Assembly (NCBI GenBank): GCA_028284775.1
Contig: JANQRB010000167.1
Span: forward strand, 106 to 64,105
Direction of reading: 5' to 3'
From: Candidatus Kapaibacterium sp.
GTDB taxonomy: Bacteria; Bacteroidota; Ignavibacteria; Kapaibacteriales; UBA7675
DNA length: 64,000 bases
In this document: positions 27,865-37,905 of the stretch, one piece after another
Position numbering within the stretch: the stretch's first letter is position 1
How the letters are laid out: each line of letters opens with the position of its first letter
The notes under the pieces: model-generated
Told to the model about the DNA's origin: nothing
Seen by the model: the letters and a program-made list of their open reading frames with translations, nothing else
The model's database searches: none
Translations under genes and position numbers: made by a program

Positions 27865-29241
27865 CTAAGCCGAAGCAGCTGCCGGCTCGTACTCCTTTAT
27901 CATCGTACGAATGCGTTCCTCGAAGGCCGGCGAATCGACGGCCTGCTCGATGTCGGGAATATTCATCAATTCGACGAGGAACTTATCTTGGAGTCTGCTT
28001 TCCTGCAAAGCCTGTCCATAGGGCAAATGTGAAAACGATACGATTGAATATACCGGCAGGAATGTGTTTGGATACAGTAAATTGATTTTCTTTTCAATCT
28101 TCTTGCGCAGCAGAAAATGCGGGTCGGCCACAAGATCGCGCATCTCGACGAAGTTGCGCAAGGCAAGGTCCGCGATGGCATTGGCATTATCGATACGCAG
28201 ACCTTGATATGCCTCCAGTGCATCGGCCCATCGATGCTCGTGCTCCGCCAGACAGTCCAGCAGGACGCTGCAATCCTCGAAGCCGGCATTCATCCCTTGT
28301 CCGTAGAAGGGCACGATGGCATGCGCCGCATCGCCAATCAGTGCTACTTTATCATTCGCGACCCAGGGCGAGCAACGGACAGTTACGAGGGAAGATGTCG
28401 GATTGCGGAAATAGTCGTCGTTCAGGCTCGGCATCAGGGCCAGCGCATCCGGAAAGGTCTGTCGGAAAAAGCGCTGCAAGCTTTCGCTGCTGTCGATGCT
28501 GGCGAAGGACGGGTCGCCTTCGAAGGGAAAGAAGAGCGTACAGGTAAAGCTGCCGTCGGGATTGGGCAGGGCAATCAGCATAAACTGACCGCGCGGCCAG
28601 ATATGCAGCGCATTTTTGTCTATGAGCCACCCGCCATCCGGCGCAGCCGGAATCAGCAGTTCCTTGTAGCCGTGCGCCAGATAGCTCTGCGAATAATCAA
28701 ATCGATCCATGAATTGCATCCGGCCTCGTACGGCCGAAAAAGCGCCGTCGGCACCGATCAGATAGTCGGCCCGCACCTGATGAGTTTTGCCGCTGCCTTC
28801 ATTAAGAAAGGTCGCGGCTGCCGTCTCAAGGTCGGCATCGAGGCAGCGATGGCGAAAGTGAAAGCTGACGTTGGGCAGTGCCTCGGCCTGATCCATCAGC
28901 GTCATATTCAATCCGCCGCGCGACACCGAATAAATGGCCTGATTCTCACGACCATAGGGCTGAAATGTCAGCTCGCCGGCGGTCGAATGAATCATGCGCC
29001 CTTTCATCGGGATGGCTTCGGCGCGAATGGCGTCGTCGATGCCGGCGGCAGCCAGGGCCTTCCAGCCGCGGGTGGAGAGCGCAAGGTTGATCGATCGTCC
29101 GGCGGAAATCGCGATACTGCGCATATCCGGCCGCCGTTCGAAGACCTGCACCCGATAGCCCTGCCGCGCGAGCATCAGCGCCAGCAAGGAGCCGACAAGT
29201 CCCGCCCCGGCGATTGTAACTGTCTCGTTCCGCATTGTCAT
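27865..29241 (-). CDS. kmo: Kynurenine 3-monooxygenase
   Basis: GAGLVG, GRSINLALSTRG, ALHIWPRG and GDAAHAIVPFYGQGMNAGFEDC. AGGAGGTGA ribosome-binding site. Confidence 0.95.
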   Translation of the reverse strand: MTMRNETVTIAGAGLVGSLLALMLARQGYRVQVFERRPDMRSIAISAGRSINLALSTRGWKALAAAGIDDAIRAEAIPMKGRMIHSTAGELTFQPYGRENQAIYSVSRGGLNMTLMDQAEALPNVSFHFRHRCLDADLETAAATFLNEGSGKTHQVRADYLIGADGAFSAVRGRMQFMDRFDYSQSYLAHGYKELLIPAAPDGGWLIDKNALHIWPRGQFMLIALPNPDGSFTCTLFFPFEGDPSFASIDSSESLQRFFRQTFPDALALMPSLNDDYFRNPTSSLVTVRCSPWVANDKVALIGDAAHAIVPFYGQGMNAGFEDCSVLLDCLAEHEHRWADALEAYQGLRIDNANAIADLALRNFVEMRDLVADPHFLLRKKIEKKINLLYPNTFLPVYSIVSFSHLPYGQALQESRLQDKFLVELMNIPDIEQAVDSPAFEERIRTMIKEYEPAAASA

Positions 29242-29315
29242 ACTTAGCTCACCTCCTCTGTGCTGTAATGGCCGTCGGCGCCATATTCCATTGTAGACCG
29301 GACGCTTAATTGCTC

Positions 29316-30608
29316 CTAGCTGTGCTTCCGCAACACCTCGCCCAGGACGCGGCCGAAATGAAAGACATCTTCGAAGCTGTTATACAGGGGGACGGGCGCG
29401 GCGCGAATCACATCGGGTTCCCGCCAGTCGACGACTATGCCCGCGGCTGTCAGCTCTTCAAAAACCCGTCGCCCGTGACGCGGCATGAGCATCGATAGCT
29501 GCGCCCCGCGCTCGCGCGGGCTGCGCGGCGTAATAATCAGCGGTTCTTCCGCAGCTGAGCGCCGGCGCGCATCTTCGAGCACGAATTCCAGGTAGGCCGT
29601 CAGCCGGTCGCGTTTGGCCGCCAGGGCCGGCATCCCAACGGCATCGAAAATATCCAGCGATGCTTTGTGCGCCGCCAGCGCCAGTACCGGCGCATTGCTC
29701 AACTGCCAGGCGGCAGCTGTTTTGGCCGGTCGAAATCCTTTTTTCATCTGAAATCGTTCCGACTCCTCGTTGCCCCACCAGCCCGCAAAGCGCGGCAGGG
29801 CGGTATTCGCCGCATGACGCCGGTGCACATATGCACCTGAAACGCCGCCCGGCCCCGAATTCAGGTACTTGTAAGAGCACCAGACCGCGAAGTCAACGTC
29901 CCAATCATGCAGATGCAGCTCCAGGTTGCCGGCGGCGTGCGCCAGGTCAAATCCGACGACGGCGCCCGCGCGATGACCGGCGGCCGTAATCGCGGGCAGA
30001 TCGAAAGCCTGGCCGGTATAGTATTGCAGACCCGGCAGCATGACAAGCGCAAGCTGCGGTCCGTGTTGCTCGATAGCATTTATAATGTCTTCCGTTCGCA
30101 GGCTATATTCGCCGGCACGCGGTGAGATTTCGATCAGGGCTTCGTCGGGATCGAGCTTGTGGTGCCGCAGCTGGGTCTCCAGGGCATACTGATCGGAGGG
30201 AAAAGCGTCGGCTTCGCAGATAATCTTGAAACGTTCGCGATCGGGCCGGAAAAACGTGACCATCAACAAATGCAGGTTAACGGTTAACTGATTCATCGCC
30301 ACCACTTCATCGGGATGCGCGCCCACCAGGCGTGCAAGCGGCCCTTCGAACATTTTGTGATAGGAGAACCAGGGGTGTTTGCTGTGAAAATGGCCTTCGA
30401 CACCAAGTCGGGCCCAATCTTCGAGTTCCTGCTTGACGTAGGAAGCTGTGGCGATGGGTTGCAGTCCGAGCGAATTGCCGCAGAAATAATGCGTGTCTCG
30501 GCCCTCGAACTGTGGAAAGTGAAATTGGCTGCGATAGTCGGCAAGCGGATCGCCGGCGTCCAGTTGCCGCGCGAATTCCAGAGTGTTGCTGAAGTCTTGT
30601 GCTGTCAT
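29316..30608 (-). CDS. kynU: Kynureninase (eukaryote-like type)
   Basis: YFCGNSLGLQP, MNQLTVNLHL, AFPSDQY, DLAHAAGN and PLP-lysine WCSYKYLNSGPG. Confidence 0.95.
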   Translation of the reverse strand: MTAQDFSNTLEFARQLDAGDPLADYRSQFHFPQFEGRDTHYFCGNSLGLQPIATASYVKQELEDWARLGVEGHFHSKHPWFSYHKMFEGPLARLVGAHPDEVVAMNQLTVNLHLLMVTFFRPDRERFKIICEADAFPSDQYALETQLRHHKLDPDEALIEISPRAGEYSLRTEDIINAIEQHGPQLALVMLPGLQYYTGQAFDLPAITAAGHRAGAVVGFDLAHAAGNLELHLHDWDVDFAVWCSYKYLNSGPGGVSGAYVHRRHAANTALPRFAGWWGNEESERFQMKKGFRPAKTAAAWQLSNAPVLALAAHKASLDIFDAVGMPALAAKRDRLTAYLEFVLEDARRRSAAEEPLIITPRSPRERGAQLSMLMPRHGRRVFEELTAAGIVVDWREPDVIRAAPVPLYNSFEDVFHFGRVLGEVLRKHS

Positions 30609-30937
30609 TCCAATTGTTGCTCGTATGCCAAAGCCTGCCGGACTGTTTCTTTATGCTGCGGCAGCTTGTAAATCCGCCGTAAAACTAGAGAATTGGCGCT
30701 AGATAGCCAAAATGAACTGCTGGCAGCCATTCGTCGACAGCGACCTTGCGGACCCCGGAGTAAACGGCTGTCGGGCCGCGGAATTGCAGCAAATTTCACA
30801 GCCCTAGCGGCAGTGGAGCGCAATCCGGCATGTCACGTTGTATTTCAATTTTCGGATCACCTTCGCCGCGAGGCTTTGCCTTTGCGACTCAACCTGTCCC
30901 ATGATGGCGAGCTATATTCGCGCAGCGCGCCTGCCCC

Positions 30938-32230
30938 TTAATCAATGCCATTCCTGATGATGCGCTCCATCGTTTCGCTGAAGTAGTCGATTTCATCAAG
31001 GCTTGTGTAAACATTCGGCGCGACGCGAATACCTTCGAAATCATCGTGCTTAATCGCTACCACCAGAATTTTGTGTTCCTTCCACAAATGTTTAGCCAGA
31101 GCGCCGGAGGGGATTCCTTCGACCTGCATTGTCGCGATGGCACAGGACCTGCCGGGCTTCAGACTGGTGTGCAGACGGACACGATCGCTGACTTTCAGGC
31201 GCTCGGCCCAACGATTGCGCAGAAAACGCAGCCGCTCCTCCTTGCGTTCGGGTCCGATACCCCGGTAAAAGCTTATTGCTTCGGCAATCGCCAGCGTATT
31301 GGCGGCGGGATGCGTGCCGATTTCCTCGAATTTGCGGATGTCCTCGTCCTTCGATTCTTCCGCTGCCTGCAAGGGCCAGATATCGCCGATACGCTCTTTG
31401 CGCACATATAGCATTCCCGTACCGTGGGGCGCTGTCAGCCACTTGTGCAGACTGCTGCCGAAAAATTCACAATCCAGGTCGGCCAGTGTAAAGGTAAAAT
31501 GTCCCAGCGAATGCGCGCCGTCCACGAAGACGGGAATACCCTTGCGGCGGCCCAAGGCGCATACCGCGCGGACCGGCATTATCTGGCCGGTGAGATAAAC
31601 AACGTGGCTGATCAGGATGGCTCGCGTGCGAGGGCTGATGTGCTGTTCGTAGAGATCGACAATAAGCTGCGGGTCTTCGGCCGGTATCGGCAGGGAAAAC
31701 TGACGCAAGACGATGCCGTCGCGACGTTCGCGTTGCTTCCAGGTGTTGAGCATGCGCGGATAGTCATGCGTGGTGGCCAGCACTTCGTCGCCGGGCTGCA
31801 GGTCGATGCCGTTTTGCAGAATCTGCATGCTCTCCGAGGCGTTGCGAGTCAGCGCCAGTTCTTCGGGCGAGCAATCAAAACAGCGCGCCAGGCTGCTGCG
31901 GACACTTTCCTGCTGCGGCTCCAGCACCCTCCACATCGTATAGGCGGGCGCCTTGTGCGAGTAGTCCAGGTGCTGTTTCATTGCCTGCTGCACAATCGCC
32001 GGCGCAGGGCTGACGCCGCCATTGTTAAGGTTGATTATACTGCGGTCGACGGTAAAAGCCTGTTGAATACGGCGCCAGAAATCTTCATCGGCAGCTAGGT
32101 CCCGAGCCTGGCCTCTGTGCGCCGCTACTGTTTGCAGTACTGCCCGAGCCCTGTCGGGATTAAGAAGCGCTGTCGCCGAAGCAAAGGCTGTGGCTCCCAA
32201 ACCCTGAATAAATTTGCGCCGGTCCAGCAT
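30938..32230 (-). CDS. Tat-exported class V PLP-dependent enzyme (isopenicillin-N-epimerase / cysteine desulfurase-like)
   Basis: MLDRRKFIQG twin-arginine signal, LNNGGVSP, VDGAH and SLHKW. Confidence 0.8.
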   Translation of the reverse strand: MLDRRKFIQGLGATAFASATALLNPDRARAVLQTVAAHRGQARDLAADEDFWRRIQQAFTVDRSIINLNNGGVSPAPAIVQQAMKQHLDYSHKAPAYTMWRVLEPQQESVRSSLARCFDCSPEELALTRNASESMQILQNGIDLQPGDEVLATTHDYPRMLNTWKQRERRDGIVLRQFSLPIPAEDPQLIVDLYEQHISPRTRAILISHVVYLTGQIMPVRAVCALGRRKGIPVFVDGAHSLGHFTFTLADLDCEFFGSSLHKWLTAPHGTGMLYVRKERIGDIWPLQAAEESKDEDIRKFEEIGTHPAANTLAIAEAISFYRGIGPERKEERLRFLRNRWAERLKVSDRVRLHTSLKPGRSCAIATMQVEGIPSGALAKHLWKEHKILVVAIKHDDFEGIRVAPNVYTSLDEIDYFSETMERIIRNGID

Positions 32231-32379
32231 AATTGATTGGACAAAATATTGAAAGGATTTTCCTGAAATTTATAGTATTCAACAAGAATTGCCAGCAGAT
32301 TCTGCAGCAGGAGCATGAGCTTCCGCAGCAGTCGAAGGATTGAGACCCTCTTCGCGATGATGCAAGCGAGGCGCAATGA

Positions 32380-34902
32380 TTAGCGCTCTACGAGTATTTT
32401 GACCACCCGCGAGAGGACCTGATTACTGACCTGAACAAAATAGACAGCAGGTCGAAAACTATACAAGGGCAGGTCAATGGATAGATTTTCTCCTTCAGCT
32501 TCGACATTCATTTGTTCATAAAGCAGCGCGCCCTGCAAAGTGAAGATGCGGCAGGAATACAGATCCCCTTGTTTAGCTGAGATTCTGATCGTGACTTTTC
32601 TATCGAGTGCACTTGCACTTTGGACCGGGTTGGGATAGGCCAGCACGGCGAAATCCTGATTCGCGAATGCCCTGTCCGCAACATTCGTTGGTAGCGCATT
32701 CTGTGCTCGAAGCAGTCGGCTGATGCCTAGCGGGTGAACCGCAAACCAGGCGCTCGAATCGGCGCCGAAGGCGATACTGTTAACCTGACCCGGTATCGGC
32801 AGTAAACCTTCGCCTTGCGGAAAAAAGCTTGCCTGTGAATTGTTTAAACGAACCACGCCGGCTGTGCCTTGCCCGTTGTTAACAGCAAACCATTTGTTGC
32901 CGAATTGATCGATACGCACCGTGCCGACATTCGTGAACTCTTGTAGTACGGGGAGCGATTCGAGTTGCCTGTAATGCCGCCAGCCTGAGTTGCGATAGCG
33001 GCTCAGACCGCCGGGGTAGAGAGTCGCATTGTTGTTTTCGTCGTAGATGGTCTGACTCTTGTATGCCAACCATACACTGCCGTCGCGATCGACGGCCAGT
33101 CCGGCAGGAGCGCGCCGAAACCCGGCGTCGTTGCCGTCCTCAAGATTGTGTACCGTCCACCCACCCTGATCAAACTGGTACAGACCACCGACAAATTCGT
33201 TTGTCAGTGTATCGAGCAATTGAAAGCTTGCGATCCATAGGGCTCCGGAGGGGCCTGCTTCAACAAAGCCGTCAGCCCCGTTGCCGAAGGATACGCCGCC
33301 GGCGTCGCTGATTTCTCTCCATTCGTCGTCATCGTATCGGTGGACCGTCAGGGCCTGGGTGTCCCATGCCTTCAGTCGCTCATTCCAATTTTCCTTTTTT
33401 GCGACAGCCCAGATGCTGCCTGCCGAATCGCGCGCAAGGTGGATAAAAGAATGCAAGTCTGCGGAAGGATCTGCCAATGCGTAGCTGCGCCAGTTGTCGT
33501 CCCTGAATCTGCTGACACCCCCTACGCCGGCGATCCAGACACTCTTATCGCGATCGGCCACCAGGGAGTAAATCGTATCGCTGATTACCCCATTGTCGGC
33601 TGGGAAATACTGCCAGGTGGAATCTGCGCTGCGGTAGCGCCCTAGCGATCCGCCGGACCGAGAGTCGCGATAGGCCACCCAGAGGTCGCCGTTTTTGGCG
33701 GTCATGATCCGGCGAACGCCGTTCCCATTAGGTGCATTGGTATTGCGAATCCGTTCCCAGTCCGTATCTGCAACACGGACGATGCCGCGGTTTGTAGTCA
33801 AGAGGACATTCCCGTCAGCTCCTGCAGCAATACCATTAATGCTGCTGCCGGGCAGCAGGGTATCAGATGTGAAAACCTGCCACGCGGTTTCGTCGCCTGA
33901 ACATGTCAATGTTGTTTCCGTGGCTGCCCAGACACGTCCCTGCCCGTCTACATTCACGGCGCGTATCGAGGGTACGAAAAAGGGGAGGGCGATTTTGGAC
34001 CAGCTATGGCCGTCAAAGCGGCTGAGACCCCAGGTTCCGCCCATCCACACCGCATTGCTGTGATCGACGGCAATCGCGCTGGCGCCGGTCCGCAAAGCAT
34101 CCTCGGATCTGCCCCGTGGATATCGCTTCCATTTCGCATCGGCATAACGGCTGACGCCATGATTGTTGCCGACCCATACCGAGCCGCTGGAATCGAAAGC
34201 AATGGCGTTCAGCGTGGACAGGGAGCTCTTGGCGTCCGGAAGTTCAACGCCCTCGCTGAACAGCTCGAATTCACCTGCATTGCAGCGAATCACGGCGCTC
34301 AGTTGCTTGTCGGCATTCGGCGGCTTGTGATGGCCGATACCCCATACATCGTTTCGACTGTCCACGAGCAGTTTTGATACAGACAGTGTTCCGTCCCAAT
34401 TCTCATTGTCGTATCCCGTCCAATCGCCGTGGTCGAAATATGCGATAATGGCGGTCGCGCCCGGGACACCGCCGGCCGCCATCCAGAGACGTCCGTTCCG
34501 ATCGACTGCCAGACTGTTAACCCGGAGCAGTGGTTTGTCGTCCTTACCGACAATCGCTACGGCGGACCAGCTGCCGCCATCGAAGCGACTGAGTCCTTTG
34601 TCCAGTGTAGCGACCCATACCTCGCCATTCGCCGCAAGTGCAATCGAGCTGATGTGCAGGCTTCGCGGGCCGCTATGAATTCCGAAGACCTCCAGGAAGC
34701 CATCGCTTTTGCGCAGCGCCGTCAGCCCTGCACTGCTGGCGGCCCACAGTACGCTTCTGGAATCCGTCACATGGATAATTTGATCACTGTTGACATAGCT
34801 TCGCCATTCCGGTGATGCCGGCAATTCCGGCGATCCAAAAGCATAATGGCAAACGACAGCGGTAAACAGTAGTTTCCACCTACGCATAGTGCAGTTCCTC
34901 AC
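32380..34902 (-). CDS. T9SS cargo protein with two-component-regulator-type (PorZ-like) beta-propeller repeats
   Basis: Repeated 'IAxDxxGxVWxG...GLSRFDG..W' blades, signal peptide and CTD AYPNPV...AVYFVQV. Confidence 0.75.
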   Translation of the reverse strand: MRNCTMRRWKLLFTAVVCHYAFGSPELPASPEWRSYVNSDQIIHVTDSRSVLWAASSAGLTALRKSDGFLEVFGIHSGPRSLHISSIALAANGEVWVATLDKGLSRFDGGSWSAVAIVGKDDKPLLRVNSLAVDRNGRLWMAAGGVPGATAIIAYFDHGDWTGYDNENWDGTLSVSKLLVDSRNDVWGIGHHKPPNADKQLSAVIRCNAGEFELFSEGVELPDAKSSLSTLNAIAFDSSGSVWVGNNHGVSRYADAKWKRYPRGRSEDALRTGASAIAVDHSNAVWMGGTWGLSRFDGHSWSKIALPFFVPSIRAVNVDGQGRVWAATETTLTCSGDETAWQVFTSDTLLPGSSINGIAAGADGNVLLTTNRGIVRVADTDWERIRNTNAPNGNGVRRIMTAKNGDLWVAYRDSRSGGSLGRYRSADSTWQYFPADNGVISDTIYSLVADRDKSVWIAGVGGVSRFRDDNWRSYALADPSADLHSFIHLARDSAGSIWAVAKKENWNERLKAWDTQALTVHRYDDDEWREISDAGGVSFGNGADGFVEAGPSGALWIASFQLLDTLTNEFVGGLYQFDQGGWTVHNLEDGNDAGFRRAPAGLAVDRDGSVWLAYKSQTIYDENNNATLYPGGLSRYRNSGWRHYRQLESLPVLQEFTNVGTVRIDQFGNKWFAVNNGQGTAGVVRLNNSQASFFPQGEGLLPIPGQVNSIAFGADSSAWFAVHPLGISRLLRAQNALPTNVADRAFANQDFAVLAYPNPVQSASALDRKVTIRISAKQGDLYSCRIFTLQGALLYEQMNVEAEGENLSIDLPLYSFRPAVYFVQVSNQVLSRVVKILVER

Positions 34903-35108
34903 AATGTAAGAGTACCGAGTATCTGACCGGTATTGATCGAGGAGCTTAAAGGCTGGGTGGCCTGCTCTGCAAGCGCCTTGTTCCGCTCGGGAATGTAATG
35001 ATGTGTGTGAATGTAGCTGTATAAATGGGCTAAGGCTTCATTCGCCTTTCAACAGCCCAATATACAAATGCCGACGATACCAGAGCAGGGTGTCTGAGAA
35101 TTTAGTGA

Positions 35109-36128
35109 TTATGTCCTTCGAAAATCTTTCTGCTGCAAGCCCAGAAATTCGAAGGCGGCGTTGGCGAACAGATCTTCTTTAACAGTCGGGCTGAGATCGT
35201 CCATACTTTCGATAAACTTGCCGTGCTGTAAATCGCCCAGGGGGAAGGGGTAGTCGGTGCCGTAGGCGATGCGCCTGGAGCCGATGACGTCGAGTGTATA
35301 GCGCAGGGCATCCTGGTCGTGTGTGATACCGTCCACCCAGAAGGCGCCGGCGTACTCACGCGGGTCGCGAATTTCATTGAGATTAACCAGGTCGGGGCGG
35401 CAATGGTAGCCGTGCGACAGGCGGCCGAGCGTATGCGGCCAGGAACCGCCGCCGTGCGCAAAGAGAACGCGCAGCTTCGGAAAACGATCGAAGACGCCGC
35501 CGAACATCATCGAGCAAATGGCGCGCGATGTTTCGGCGGGCATTCCCACCAGCCAGGGCAGCCAGTATTTACGCATCAGGTCGCGGCCCATCATTTCCCA
35601 GGGATGCACCAGCAGACAGCAGCCCAATGATTCAGCCGCTTCGTAAAAAGGGAAAAACTCCTCTTCATCCAGATTCTTATCCAGAATGTTCGAGCCGATC
35701 TCGAGCCCCGGTAGCCCCAGCTCTTCGACGCAGCGCGTCATCTCCTGGATAGCCAGACGCGTGTCCTGCATCGGTACGCTGCCCAGACCGATAAACCGCT
35801 TGGGATAATCGCGCTGAATGCCGGCCATGTGATCGTTGAGGAACATCGACCAATCGAGAGCGTCTTTGGGCCTGGCCCAGTAGTTAAACAAAACGGGAAC
35901 GGTGCACAGGGTCATGACATCGACATTGAAGGCGTCCATTTCTTCCAGAATCACCGCCGGATCCCAGCAGTTGGCGCGAATCTCGCGAAAGAAAAAGCCA
36001 TCGTCGCGCATCATCTTGGCGCGACCGGGCATAAAGTGATCGAGATAGATAAAGCCGCCGTAGCCATATTTCTGTTTGAGATTCGGCCAGGTTTTCGGGA
36101 GTATATGAGCGTGGATATCGATTTTCAT
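35109..36128 (-). CDS. nbaD: 2-amino-3-carboxymuconate-6-semialdehyde decarboxylase (ACMSD, amidohydrolase_2)
   Basis: IDIHAHILP, VHPWEM, WLVGMPAET, AHGGGS and GTDYPFPLG. Adjacent to nbaC. Confidence 0.9.
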   Translation of the reverse strand: MKIDIHAHILPKTWPNLKQKYGYGGFIYLDHFMPGRAKMMRDDGFFFREIRANCWDPAVILEEMDAFNVDVMTLCTVPVLFNYWARPKDALDWSMFLNDHMAGIQRDYPKRFIGLGSVPMQDTRLAIQEMTRCVEELGLPGLEIGSNILDKNLDEEEFFPFYEAAESLGCCLLVHPWEMMGRDLMRKYWLPWLVGMPAETSRAICSMMFGGVFDRFPKLRVLFAHGGGSWPHTLGRLSHGYHCRPDLVNLNEIRDPREYAGAFWVDGITHDQDALRYTLDVIGSRRIAYGTDYPFPLGDLQHGKFIESMDDLSPTVKEDLFANAAFEFLGLQQKDFRRT

Positions 36129-36283
36129 ACAGCGAGTCGGAATCCTAATGAAACAAGATTCGGCCGGGGGCCGGGCCGGAAGAACGGGCGACAAGAGGCG
36201 AATAAAGCCGCTGCGGAACCAATCGCCGGGCAGAGAATGGTCATTCGCTGCTCAGGCGGGAATGTTCCGGGGCTCCGAAAAGC

Positions 36284-36808
36284 TCAGACAGCGTTGGGCG
36301 GCACAGCCATAACCGATCCGCAGTTCTTACAGGTCCGCAGGTCTTCGCTGCCGTAATAACGGGCGAAGATTTCATTGAACTGACCGATGATGTCGACCAG
36401 GTGAAAATACTCGTCATAGAGTTTGTTACTGCAATTCTCGCAATACCACATCAGCCCGTCTTTCTCGTCGGCTTTGCGGCGGCGTTCCACTACGAGCCCG
36501 ACCGAGTTGGCTTCGCGCTGCGGCGAATGCGGCACCCTGGCGGGCAGCAGGAAAATTTCACCCTCGCTGATGGGAATGTCTTTGATGACACCGTCGTCAT
36601 TAACGCGCAGATTCATATTGCCTTCGAGCTGATAGAAAAACTCCTCGCCTTCATTGTAATGAAAATCCTTGCGTGAGTTTGGGCCGCCGACCACCATTAT
36701 GATGAATTCGTGATCTTTGTACACCACCTGATTGCCGACCGGCGGCTTGAGCAGATGCCGGTGTTCATCGATCCACCGTTTGAAATTGATGGGGGATTGG
36801 AGCGCCAT
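36284..36808 (-). CDS. nbaC: 3-hydroxyanthranilate 3,4-dioxygenase
   Basis: LKPPVGN, VGGPNSRKDFH, EEFFYQ, PHSPQR and rubredoxin-like CENC...CKNC. Confidence 0.95.
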   Translation of the reverse strand: MALQSPINFKRWIDEHRHLLKPPVGNQVVYKDHEFIIMVVGGPNSRKDFHYNEGEEFFYQLEGNMNLRVNDDGVIKDIPISEGEIFLLPARVPHSPQREANSVGLVVERRRKADEKDGLMWYCENCSNKLYDEYFHLVDIIGQFNEIFARYYGSEDLRTCKNCGSVMAVPPNAV

Positions 36809-36912
36809 CGGGAATCCCTCCGCGGAATTATTGATCGTATTGTTTTGCTTTCGCGTATTTTTGAGCTATGCGAACGAATTTACAATTTTTTTGACTAGCG
36901 TGGACGGGCACT

Positions 36913-37704
36913 ATGAAGGAGATGGATTTTCGCGCTAAGAATGCCCTGGTGTGCGGCAGTACGCAGGGCATCGGCCGGGCGATCGCGGAGGAGCTGGCAC
37001 GGCGCGGCGCGGCGATTACCCTGGCGGCGCGCAACGAAGAAGTTCTGCAGCAAGTACGGCAGGGATTGGCGCGGGACGATGGTCAGCAGCATGAGATAAT
37101 TGTCGCCGACTTTAACAACAGCAAGGGGCTGCGCAGCCGACTCGAAGAATATTTTAACGACGGCCGCCGCGTGCACATCCTGATCAACAACAGCGGCGGG
37201 CCTCCGGGCGGACCGATTGCGGCGGCGCGTGAAGAAGAATTCGAGCTGGCCTTTGGGCGGCATCTGCTTTGCAACCATGTTTTAGCGCAGGCTTGCCTGC
37301 CGGGAATGAGAGCCGCGGGCTACGGCCGGATCATTAACATTATCTCCACCTCTGTTAAACAGCCTATTCCGGGGTTGGGAGTTTCGAATACCATCCGCGG
37401 CGCCGTGGCCAATTGGGCGAAAACACTGGCGGCTGAAGTTGCGGCCGAGGGGATAACGGTCAACAACGTTCTGCCCGGCGCAACCGCGACCGGTCGTCTG
37501 GAGTCGATCCTGCAGAAGAAAGCGGCCAAAACCGGCGCGACGCTGAATGACGTGGAAGAAGCGGCCCGCAACGAAATCCCCGCCGGTCGATTCGGCGAAC
37601 CCTGGGAGGTCGCTATTGCGGCAGTTTTCCTGGCCTCGCCGCTGGCCGCCTATATTAACGGTGTCAATCTTCCGGTGGACGGCGGTCGGCTGGCCTGCCT
37701 CTAA
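36913..37704 (+). CDS. SDR-family oxidoreductase with SxxxR in place of YxxxK
   Basis: CGSTQGIG, NNSGG, VNNVLPG and VDGG motifs. Confidence 0.85.
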   Translation: MKEMDFRAKNALVCGSTQGIGRAIAEELARRGAAITLAARNEEVLQQVRQGLARDDGQQHEIIVADFNNSKGLRSRLEEYFNDGRRVHILINNSGGPPGGPIAAAREEEFELAFGRHLLCNHVLAQACLPGMRAAGYGRIINIISTSVKQPIPGLGVSNTIRGAVANWAKTLAAEVAAEGITVNNVLPGATATGRLESILQKKAAKTGATLNDVEEAARNEIPAGRFGEPWEVAIAAVFLASPLAAYINGVNLPVDGGRLACL

Positions 37705-37905
37705 ACAGTGACGGTTCACGGCAGTGCGTCGCGGCGCTCTCCCGACCGAGGCGATTGAGATGAATTGCAGGCAGGCGCGCCGCGATGTTGCGTTCGGTTT
37801 GCACTGACGAAGTAGCGATCCCATCGCCGACGGGAGCCGCTTGTGTTCGGCAAGGGGAATACTTCAATAGAATGTAGCATTATCAGCACAAGGCAATTTT
37901 ACCCG

